A DNA stretch of 64,000 nucleotides from Squalus acanthias. Its lineage: Eukaryota. Where the stretch lies: assembly GCA_030390025.1 (NCBI GenBank), contig CM059431.1, forward strand, positions 137,208,001 through 137,272,000, in the 5' to 3' direction. Below the pieces are notes generated by a model. The model saw only the letters and a list, made by a program, of their open reading frames with translations. It did not search any database and had not been told where the DNA came from. Positions within the stretch are counted from its first letter, which is position 1. Each line of letters opens with the position of its first letter. Positions 40,339 to 50,100 of the stretch are shown here, in pieces. A program made the position numbers and the translations under genes.

Positions 40339-41656
40339 ATTGCTGCTATTGACAAACATTCACTATAAGCCCTCTGACTCCCACAGCTACCTGGAATGCA
40401 CTTCCTCCCAACTCGCTTCCTGTAAGGACGCTGGCCCATTCTCCCAGTTTTTCCGCCTCAGCCGCATCTGCTCTGACGATGCCACGTTCCATACTAGTGC
40501 ATCATACATGTCTTCCTTATTCCTCAACCGAGGATTCCCCATTACCGTTGGTGACACGGCTCTTGACCGTGTCCATTCTATTTCCCGCACTTCTGCTTTC
40601 ACCCCTTCCCCTCCCTCCCAGAACCATGATATGGTTCCCCTTGTCCTCACCTTTCACCCCACCAGCCTCCGCATTCAACGGATCATCCTCCACCAATTCC
40701 GCCATGTCCAGCGTGATCCCACCACCAAACACACCTTCCCCCCTCCCCTTTCAGCAGTCCGAAGTGCCCGCTCCCTCCACGACAACCTGGTCCACTCCTC
40801 TATCACCCCCAGTACCCCTTCCCCTTCTCACAGCACCTTCCCATGCAAGCGCAGGAGATGCAACACCTGATCTTTTCCATCTTTCCTTCCCATTGTCCAA
40901 GGGCCGCAAAAACGCCTTCCAGGTAAAACAGCGATTTACTTGTACTTCTTGCAATTTAGTACACTGTATTCGCTGCTCACGATGCGGTCTCCTCTACATT
41001 GGGGAGACCAAACGCAGATTGGGTGACCGCTTTGTGGAACACATCCTTTCAGTCCGTAAGTGTGACCCCGAGCTTCTGGTCGCCTATCACTTTAATTCTC
41101 TGCTCCACTCCCACTCTGATCTCGGCATTCTCGGCCTCTTACACTCTTCCAACAAAGTACAACATAAGATCGAGGAACAGCACCTCATCTTTCAATTAAG
41201 CCCTATACAACCTTCTCGACTCAACATCGAGTTCGACAATTTCAGACGATAAACTCGGCCACTATTTTATTTTTCTCATTATCGTTTTTCCTTTTCCCTT
41301 TTATTTCTCTCACATGACAGCTGTTGATGATTCTGCCAGTGCCATTCACACCTCATCTAGATTAATTTGTGTTTCTTAACTTGTCCCATTACCGTCACCT
41401 TTTGCTTGCACCATCATCCCTTTTGTCTTTTAATCTCTCCTGTCTTCCACCCTATCACAGACCTTCCCTTTTGCTCTTTCCTCCGCCCCCCCCCCACCTT
41501 TCCCGGCCCCTACACGTGCTTCAAAATCTGTTACATCTGTAACGTTTTCCAGTTCTGACGAAGGGTCTTCGACCTGAAACATTAACTCTGTTTCTCTCTC
41601 TATAGATGCTGCATGACCTGCTGGGTATTTCCAACATTTTCTATTTTTATTTCAGC
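40339..41656 (+). mobile_element. Penelope-like element (PLE) 3' part: RT C-terminus + GIY-YIG endonuclease + terminal repeat
   Basis: HYKPSDSHSYL..PFSQFFRLSRICSD (PLE RT C-terminal region), then a frameshift near 40865. Continues as FTCTSCNLVHCIRCSRCGLLYIGETKRRLGDRFVEH (GIY-YIG), followed by a pyrimidine-rich tract and a hammerhead motif. TSD ATAAATTCT at 40330-40338 and 41657-41665. Confidence 0.9.
41551..41587 (+). ncRNA. Minimal type I hammerhead ribozyme of the PLE (stem III mutated)
   Basis: AGUU-CUGACGA-A-GGGUC(UUC)GACCU-GAAA-C-A-UU-AACU. Stem I is AGUU/AACU, stem II is 5 bp and the core boxes are intact; ACAU replaces the palindromic ACGU. Confidence 0.75.
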
Positions 41657-42602
41657 ATAAATTCTCCGTGTTATATAAAATCCTGGGGGACGGATTTTAC
41701 AGCAGCAGTTAGCGTTTCACAATATAACTCACCCGAGATATTATACAGATTAATATAATGCACAGAGTATAAAGTACAGGGACTCACCGCTTTATCATTT
41801 AATTCTGGGAAAATCGCCCCATTCCCATAAAATCCGGGATTGAAGGAGCAACAGAAATGAAACAAATTTCTAAAACTTGACGGAGCCGGTCACTGAGCTC
41901 CAGGAGGCTAATTCTGATGATCAGGGAATGAGACCGGACTGAGGGACTTTTAAAGGCTTCACACAGACAGCACTTTATTTAATAAATACATTTACTGACA
42001 GTACCTGAATATGTGGGCAGTTGAACAGAGTAAGATTCATTCCCTGTGACAGAAATAGGGGGGGGGGATTTCGCGGGGGTTCAGCGGCGCGATCAATGGC
42101 GGGTCGGGTGGGAAACTGGATTTTTCCCCAGCGTGTCGGGGCCCCACAGTCAACCCGCCGCCACCCGCCTTTTCCAAATGTCGGGTCTGTCAGCGCTGAG
42201 CAGACCTGACATGCAGTGGCGGGGGAGGCAATTCAGGTCATTATTATCTCGGAACAAAGGATTAACAACTATTTCAGCTCAACTTCAGAGTTTACCAGGT
42301 CGCGCACAGGGTCCACGCTGCTCGGGGAACACATCACTTAAGCAGGGCGGGAGTTGAATGGCCATGGAATCATCTCATTACTTGACAGCTGGGAATGTGT
42401 TATAAAAGCTCCCATCTCACAGCTGTTCACTTTCCATGCATAGAAGCTGTTGTTTACTGCATTTTGAAGACAAATTGAGCTTTATGCAGGTTGCCAGTGT
42501 TTGGAGCAAACTCTCTATCCAGTGTTCCCTCAATGGAACAACCTCTCTCACCATTAACAGATTGCTTCTGTCATCTCAAGTTCACCTGCCATCTATTACA
42601 TC

Positions 42603-42710
42603 TTCATCACCTGCCATCTTCACCTGAGGAAGGAGCAAATCGATAGCTCCGAAAGCTTGTGATTTCAAATAAAACTGTTGGACTATAACCTGGTGTTGTG
42701 CGACCTCTCA
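42603..42710 (+). mobile_element. ~108-bp hammerhead-containing mini-insertion (PLE terminal-repeat-like) with 12-bp TSD
   Basis: Direct repeat ATCTATTACATC at 42591-42602 and 42711-42722 flanks a hammerhead plus TTTCAAATAAAACTGTTGGACTATAACCTGGTGTTGTG. Confidence 0.75.
42620..42662 (+). ncRNA. Minimal type I hammerhead ribozyme, intact core
   Basis: UCAC-CUGAGGA-A-GGAGC(AAAUCGAUA)GCUCC-GAAA-G-C-UU-GUGA. Stem I UCAC/GUGA, stem II 5 bp, palindromic stem III (AAGCUU); predicted cleavage after U42658. Confidence 0.82.
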
Positions 42711-43472
42711 ATCTATTACATCAGCATGGGTATGGTTTATACTGTCTTATCTTGGGCCTCAGAGTCCCACCACCATCAGCCCCAATACCAGCAGCACCAG
42801 GCACACCAGCAGCAACAACAGCAACCTGATCCGCATCTCCTAATGATGCACAGCACAGAGGGCATCAACACCCGACCACATTGCTGACCGGGACGCCAGA
42901 GATGGCCTCACCATGGCCAGATTTTCTTCACTTGATGCTGCACGCCCTGGATGCCACATGATGCGCTAGGTTTCCACCAGCCCACACCAACCACATAAAG
43001 CATCCCTACAATGCCCAAACCATTCCTGTCACACTCATCAGCATTGCGGGGGGTAACATTATGTCTCACCATTCACTGCAACTCACTAAGCCACATCCAA
43101 ATGTGCACACAAATCTGTCGAAGAACGGAAAGTGTTGAAAATAAAGATTTCACTGTTTGACAGCACATTAACAGAAACGTCACATGAATATTGGCACAAA
43201 TGCCAAAATAAATGTGCGCGTCATCAAATGACGTCATCACAACCGTTTCCTCTAATTCTCCAGAGCGAGGCCTCACCCGACCCGCCAACGACCCCGGCCG
43301 CACCCGACCCGCCACCGACCCCGGCCGCACTCGACCCGCCCAGGGAGGGAAATCGCGGGGGGAAACCGGGTTATTAATTTCCTGAAGTACTTTCAGTGAT
43401 TGCTGTAATATCAGAGAGAGAAAAATATCAGTTCCAGGCTTTGATTCAGTTTGTTTCTCTGTTTGTGTTCAG

Positions 43473-43559
43473 ACTGAGCGGCAATAAACTGGGAGATTCA
43501 GGAGTGAAACTACTGTCTGCGGCTCTGAGGAACCCGGACTGTAAAATACAGGAACTGCG
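43473..43559 (+). CDS. NLR LRR exon (87 bp)
   Basis: TTGTGTTCAG| ... CG|GTAAGT, phase 2-2. Encodes LSGNKLGDSGVKLLSAALRNPDCKIQEL, an RI-like LRR. Confidence 0.92.
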
Positions 43560-43700
43560 GTAAGTACCAGACTGTGTGAGATTGTGTTTATAATAACTGG
43601 GTATCTAACACTGTACAATATTATTAGTATCAGTAATAGTGTTATTAATAATCTCTGGGGATTGACTCTGATTCCTGTTATTTCTCTTTGTGATCCCCAG

Positions 43701-43868
43701 GCTGTGTGATGTCGGTCTCACAGATTCTTGTGCCGAGGATCTCGCCTCCGCTCTCAGTACAAACCTCTCACTGACGGTTCTTTGGCTGGCATTAAACTCC
43801 TTCACAGACCGATCTGTCCCCGCTCTCAGCCGCCTCATACTGACGTGCAGGAGTCTGGAGCAGATGTG
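43701..43868 (+). CDS. NLR LRR exon (168 bp)
   Basis: CCCCAG| ... TG|GTGAGT, phase 2-2. Encodes LCDVGLTDSCAEDLASALSTNLSLTVLWLALNSFTDRSVPALSRLILTCRSLEQM. Confidence 0.92.
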
Positions 43869-44040
43869 GTGAGTGTTTGTGTAAATGTTTAATGTAATAT
43901 GTAAAATATAAATGGGATCCAGTCACATTTATGGGTAATATTTGTCTGTAATTATTATTGAAATATTAACCCCAGTCTCCCTGTGATTTACACTGTTGTT
44001 CAATCTGTTTATTTCCTGTTTAATCTTTAATCTGTTTCAG

Positions 44041-44137
44041 GCTGGGGGCGAATCACTTCAGTTCAAACGGAGGGAAACGGCTGAAGTCTCTGCAGGGAAC
44101 AAGACCCGGACTGACTGTGTCTGTGAGAACATTTTAA
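44041..44137 (+). CDS. NLR terminal coding exon
   Basis: TCTGTTTCAG| acceptor, phase 2. Encodes (W)LGANHFSSNGGKRLKSLQGTRPGLTVSVRTF*, TAA at 44135-44137. Confidence 0.85.
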
Positions 44138-44434
44138 TTGATGACGTCACTGCTCTCATTATTTGAACATTTTTGTCCAATGATTTGATTTTAATTTAAT
44201 TTCACGGTTTCCAGCTCGAGCTGAGCTCGGGTCATCACCCATTGTGAGGTCAGAGGCCCAGCCACAGGGTTACGTGACGCAGCCGCCCGGCCCCACAGCG
44301 CTGCTACTGCAGGATATCCGGGGCTGAATGTTCCCCAATGGGGCACTGGGGAAATGCACAGACAGGAAGGGCCCAGGGTAGGGCTCAGTCTGGGCTGCAG
44401 TGGGACACTGACACTTGCACTCAGTATTCCTGGG

Positions 44435-45000
44435 AGTCTCTCTATGTGAGGAGTCGGACTGTGTAACAATTGCCCCTGTGTACAGTGCGTGTCTCTCCCA
44501 GTGAGGTGTCAGACTCTGTAACCAGTGTCCCTGTGTACAGTGTGTGTCTTTCCCAGTGAGGAGTCAGTCTCTGTAACAAGTGTCCCAGTGTAGAGTGTGT
44601 GTCTCTCCCAGTGTGGAGTCAGACTCTGTAACAAGTGTCCCTGTGTACAGTGTGTGTCTCTCCCAGTGAGAAGTCAGACTCTGTCCCAAGTGTCCCTGTG
44701 TAGAGTGTGTGTCTCTCCCAGTGAGGAGTCGGACTCTGTAACAAGTGTCCCTGTATACAGCATGTGTCTCTCCCAGTGAGGAGTCGGACTCTGTAACAAG
44801 TGTCAATGTGTACAGTTTGCGTCTCTCCCAGTGAGGTATCGGACTCTGTCTGTAACAAGTGTCCCTGTGTATAATGTGTGTCTCTCCCAGTGAGCAGTCG
44901 GACTCTATAACAAGTGTCCATGTGAACAGTGCGAGTCTCTCCCATTGAGGAGTCAGACTCTGTAACAAGATCGCTCTGAAGAGCTTATGTCTCTCCCAGA
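44435..45000. repeat. Satellite C, 55-bp tandem repeat (left block, ~10 units)
   Basis: CAGACTCTGTAACAAGTGTCCCTGTGTACAGTGTGTGTCTCTCCCAGTGAGGAGT. Confidence 0.93.
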
Positions 45001-45009
45001 GCGAACATT

Positions 45010-47132
45010 GAAAAATATATAAACATAGAAAAATTGGAGCAGGAGTAGGCCATTCGGCCCTTCGAGCCTGCTCCGCCATTCAATATGATCATAGCTGATC
45101 CTCTATCTCAATACCATATTCCCGCTCCCTTCCCATACCCCTTGATCCCTTCTGTTTCTAGAAATCTATCTATCTCCTTCTTAAATATATTCAGTGGCAT
45201 AGCCTCCCCAGCCTTCTGTGGTAGAGAATTCCACAGGTTCACCACCCTCTGAGTGAAGAATGTTCTCCTCATCTCAGTCTTAAATGTCCTACCCCGTATC
45301 CTGAGACTGTAACCTCTCGTTCTAGGCACCCCAGCCAGTGGAAACATCCTCCTTGCATCTAGTCTGTCTAGCCTGTCAGAATTTTATACGATTCAATGAG
45401 ATCCCCTCTCATTCTTCTAAACTCTAGTGAATACAGGCCTAGTCGAGTCAATCTCTCTCTCTACGACAGTCCTGACATCCCAGGAATCAGTCTGGTGAAC
45501 ATCCGCTGCTCTCCCTCTATGGCAGGTATATAATTTCTTAGGTAAAGAGACCAAAACTGCACACAGTACTCCAGGTGTGGTCTCACTAAGGCCCTGTATA
45601 ACTGTAGTAAGACATCCTTGCTCCTGTACTCAAATCCTCTTGCAATGAAAGCCAACATACCATTTCCTTTCATAAATGCTTGCATCACCTGCATGTTTGA
45701 CTTCAGTGACTGGTGTACAAGGACACCCAGCTCCCTTTGTACATCAACATTTCCCAATCCCATGTGCTTTAATTTTGCACACTAAATTCTTATGTGGGAC
45801 TTTATAAAAGACCTTCTGAAAATCCAAATACACCACATCCACTGGTTCTACCTTATCTATTCCACCAGTTACATCCACAAAAAACTCCATTAGGTTTGTC
45901 AAACACGATTTCCCTTTCATAAATCCATGCTGACTTTGTCTAATCCCGTTGATATTTCCTAAGTGCCCTGGTATCACATCCTTTATAATGGACTCCAGCA
46001 TTTCCTTCCTACTTATGTAAGGCTAACCGGTCTGTAGTTCCCTATTTTTTATCTCTCACTCCTTTTTGTAACTAGTGGGGTTACATTTGCCACCCTCCAA
46101 TCTGCAGGAACTGTTGCATAATCTATAGAATTTTGGAAGTTGACAACCAATGCATCCACTATTTCCATGGCTACCTCTTTTACTGCTCCAGGATGCAGAT
46201 TATCAGTCCCTGGGTATTTATCGGCTTTCAGTCCCATTAATTTCTCCAGCACTATTTTTTTTTTACTAATCATCATTTCCTTTAATTCCTCCTTCTCACT
46301 AGACCCTTGCTTCATTAACATTTCATGGAATTTATTTGTGTCCTCTTCCGTGAGGACAGAACCAAAGTATTTGTTTAATTGATACACCATTTCCTTGTTC
46401 CCCATTATAAAGTCTCCCGTTTCTGATTGTAAGGGATCTATATTTGTCTTCATTAATCTTTTTCTTTTTACATACTTGTAGAAGCTTTAACAGTCCGCTT
46501 TTATGTTCCTTGCAAGTTTACACTCATGCTCTATTTTCCCCCTCTTAATCAATCTCTTGGTCCTTTTTTGCTAAACTCTCAACTAAACCCAATCCTCAGG
46601 CTTGGTACGTTTTCTGGCAAATTTATATGACTCCTCTTTGGATCTAATACAATCCTTCATTTCTTTTGTTAGCCATGCTTTTACTTTTGTGTTTTTGCTC
46701 CAGAATGGAATGTATAACTGTTGCAATTCATGCATTCGTTCCTTAAATGTTAGCCATTACGAATCCACCGTTATGCCTTTTAATGAAGCTCCCCAATCTA
46801 TCACAGCCAACTCACTCCTCATACCTTCGTATTTTCATTTATTACATTTAGGACCCTAGATTCGGATTGTACTTCTTCACTTTCCATCTTAATGAAGAAC
46901 TCAATCTTGTTGTGAATACTTTTCCCAAAAGGACCCCGCACAACAAGATTATTAATTAAACCCTTCACATTGCACAATGCACAACCTAGGATAGCCTGTT
47001 CCCTAGTTAGCTTCTCAACGTACTGATCTAAATAAACATCTCGTAAACACTGCAGGAATTCATCCTCTAGAGTATTATTGCTAATTTAGTTTGGACAGTC
47101 TATATGCAGATTAATCTCACCCATGATACCCG
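45010..47132 (-). mobile_element. Decayed CR1 LINE in satellite C with internal RT deletion
   Basis: 3' hairpin/tail at 45020-45080. Fragments FFTQRVVNLWNSLP, RPHLEYCVQFWS, YLDFQKVFYKVPH and KADKYPGTDNLHP, with EN IMG.NLHI near 47100-47127. The QGSVLGP/FADD segment is absent. Confidence 0.93.
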
Positions 47133-47138
47133 TGAGCA

Positions 47139-50100
47139 ATCGGACTCTGCAACAAGTGTCCCTTTGTACAGTGTGTGTCTCTCCCAGTGAGGAGTCGGAC
47201 TCTGTAACAAGTGTCACTGTGTACAATGTGTGTTTCTCCCAGTGAGGAGTAAGAACCTGTAACAAGTGTCCCTGTGTACAGTTTGTGTCTCCCCCAGTGA
47301 GGAGTCAGATTCTGTCCCAAGTGTCCCTGTGTACAGTGTCTGTCTCTCCCAGTGAGGAGTGGCACTCTGTAACAAGTGTCCCTGTGTACAGTGTGTGTCT
47401 CTCCCAGTGAGGTGTCAGACTCTGTAACAAGTGTCTCTATGTACAGTGTGTGTCTCTCTCAGTGAGGTGTCAGACTCTGTAACAAGTGTCACTGTGTACA
47501 GTGTGTGTCTCTCTCAGTGAGGTGTCAGGCTCTGTAACAAGTGTCTCTGTGTACAGTGAGTGTCTCTCCCAGTGAGGAGTCGCACTCTGTAACAAGTGTC
47601 CCTGTGTACTGTGTGTGTCTCTCCGACTGAGGAGTCGAACTGTGTAACAATTGTCCCAGTATAGAGTGCGTGTCTCTCCCAGTGAGGAGTCAGACTCTGT
47701 AACAAGTGTCCCTGTGTACAGTGTGTGTCTCTCCCAGTGAGGAGTCAGAATCTGTAACAAGTGTCCCTGTGTACAGTGTCTGTCTCTCCCAGTGAGGAGT
47801 CAGACTCTGTAACAAGTGTCCCTGTGTACAGTGTCTGTGTCTCTCCCAGTGAGGAGTCGGACTCTGTAACAAGTGTCCCTGTGTACAGTGTGTGTCTCTC
47901 CCAGTGAGGAGTCTGACTCTGTAACAAGTGTCCCTGTGTACAGTGTGTGTCTCCCAGTGAGGAGTCAGACTCTGTAACAAGTGTCCCTGTGTACAGTTTG
48001 TGTCTCTCCCAGTGAGGAGTCAGACTCTGTAACAAGTGTCCCTGTGTACAGTGTCTGTGTCTCTCCCAGTGAGGAGTCGGACTCTGTAACAAGTGTCCCT
48101 GTGTACAGTGTCTGTCTCTCCCAGTGAGGAGTCAGACTCTGTAACAACTGTCCCTGTGTACAGTGTGTGTCTCTCCCAGTGAGGAGTCAGACTCTGTAAC
48201 AAGTGTCCCTGTGTACAGTGTGTGTCTCTCCCAGTGAGGAGTCTGACTCTGTAACAAGTGTCCCTGTGTACAGTGTGTGTCTCCCAGTGAGGAGTCAGAC
48301 TCTGTAACAAGTGTCCCTGTGTACAGTTTGTGTCTCTCCCAATGAGGAGTCAGACTCTGTAACAAGTGGCCCTGTGTACATTGTGTGTCTCTCCCAGTGA
48401 GGAGTCTGACTCTGTAACAAGTGTCCCTGTGTACAGTGTGTGTCTCCCAGTGAGGAGTCAGACTCTGTAACAAGTGTCCCTGTGTACAGTGTGTGTCTCT
48501 CCCAGTGAGGAGTCAGACTCTGTAACAAGGGTCCCTGTGTACAGTGTGTGTCTCTCCCAGTGAGGAGTCTGACTCTGTAACAAGTGTACCTGTGTACAGT
48601 GTGTGTCTCCCAGTGAGGAGTCAGACTCTGTAACAAGTGTCCCTGTGTACAGTGTGTCTCTAACAGTGAGGAGTCGGACTCTGTAACAAGTGTCCCTGTG
48701 TACAGTGTGTGTCTCTCCCAGTGAGGAGTAAGAACCTGTAACAAGTGTCCCTGTGTACAGTTTGTGTCTCCCCCAGTGAGGAGTCAGATTCTGTCCCAAG
48801 TGTCCCTGTGTACAGTGTCTGTCTCTCCCAGTGAGGAGTGGCACTCTGTAACAAGTGTCCCTGTGTACAGTGTGTGTCTCTCCCAGTGAGGTGTCAGACT
48901 CTGTAACAAGTGTCTCTATGTACAGTGTGTGTCTCTCTCAGTGAGGTGTCAGACTCTGTAACAAGTGTCACTGTGTACAGTGTGTGTCTCTCTCAGTGAG
49001 GTGTCAGGCTCTGTAACAAGTGTCTCTGTGTACAGTGTGTGTCTCTCCCAGTGAGGAGTCGCACTCTGTAACAAGTGTCCCTGTGTACTGTGTGTGTCTC
49101 TCCGACTGAGGAGTCGAACTGTGTAACAATTGTCCCAGTATAGAGTGCGTGTCTCTCCCAGTGAGGAGTCAGACTCTGTAACAAGTGTCCCTGTGTACAG
49201 TGTGTGTCTCTCCCAGTGAGGAGTCAGAATCTGTAACAAGTGTCCCTGTGTACAGTGTCTGTCTCTCCCAGTGAGGAGTCAGACTCTGCAACAAGTGTCC
49301 CTGTGTACAGTGTCTGTGTCTCTCCCAGTGAGGAGTCGGACTCTGTAACAAGTGTCCCTGTGTACAGTGTGTGTCTCTCCCAGTGAGGAGTCTGACTCTG
49401 TAACAAGTGTCCCTGTGTACAGTGTGTGTCTCTCCCAGTGAGGAGTCAGACTCTGTAACAAGTGTCCCTGTGTACAGTTTGTGTCTCTCCCAGTGAGGAG
49501 TCAGACTCTGTAACAAGTGTCCCTGTGTACAGTGTCTGTGTCTCTCCCAGTGAGGAGTCGGACTCTGTAACAAGTGTCCCTGTGTACAGTGTCTGTCTCT
49601 CCCAGTGAGGAGTCAGACTCTGTAACAACTGTCCCTGTGTACAGTGTGTGTCTCTCCCAGTGAGGAGTCAGACACTGTAACAAGTGTCCCTGTGTACAGT
49701 GTGTGTCTCTCCCAGTGAGGAGTCTGACTCTGTAACAAGTGTCCCTGTGTACAGTGTGTGTCTCCCAGTGAGGAGTCAGACTCTGTAACAAGTGTCCCTG
49801 TGTACAGTTTGTGTCTCTCCCAATGAGGAGTCAGACTCTGTAACAAGTGGCCCTGTGTACATTGTGTGTCTCTCCCAGTGAGGAGTCTGACTCTGTAACA
49901 AGTGTCCCTGTGTACAGTGTGTGTCTCCCAGTGAGGAGTCAGACTCTGTAACAAGTGTCCCTGTGTACAGTGTGTGTCTCTCCCAGTGAGGAGTCAGACT
50001 CTGTAACAAGGGTCCCTGTGTACAGTGTGTGTCTCTCCCAGTGAGGAGTCTGACTCTGTAACAAGTGTACCTGTGTACAGTGTGTGTCTCCCAGTGAGGA

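Larger units (their letters stand above)
42058..43360. mobile_element. Probable internally deleted non-autonomous DNA transposon (PIF/Harbinger-like)
   Basis: Subterminal inverted repeats: TGGCGGGTCGGGTG (42097-42110) versus CACCCGACCCGCCA (43274-43287, 43301-43314, 43328-43340; 27-bp period). The internal peptide RDARDGLTMARFS near 42890-42930 resembles Harbinger transposase C-termini. Exact ends and TSD are not resolved. Confidence 0.5.
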
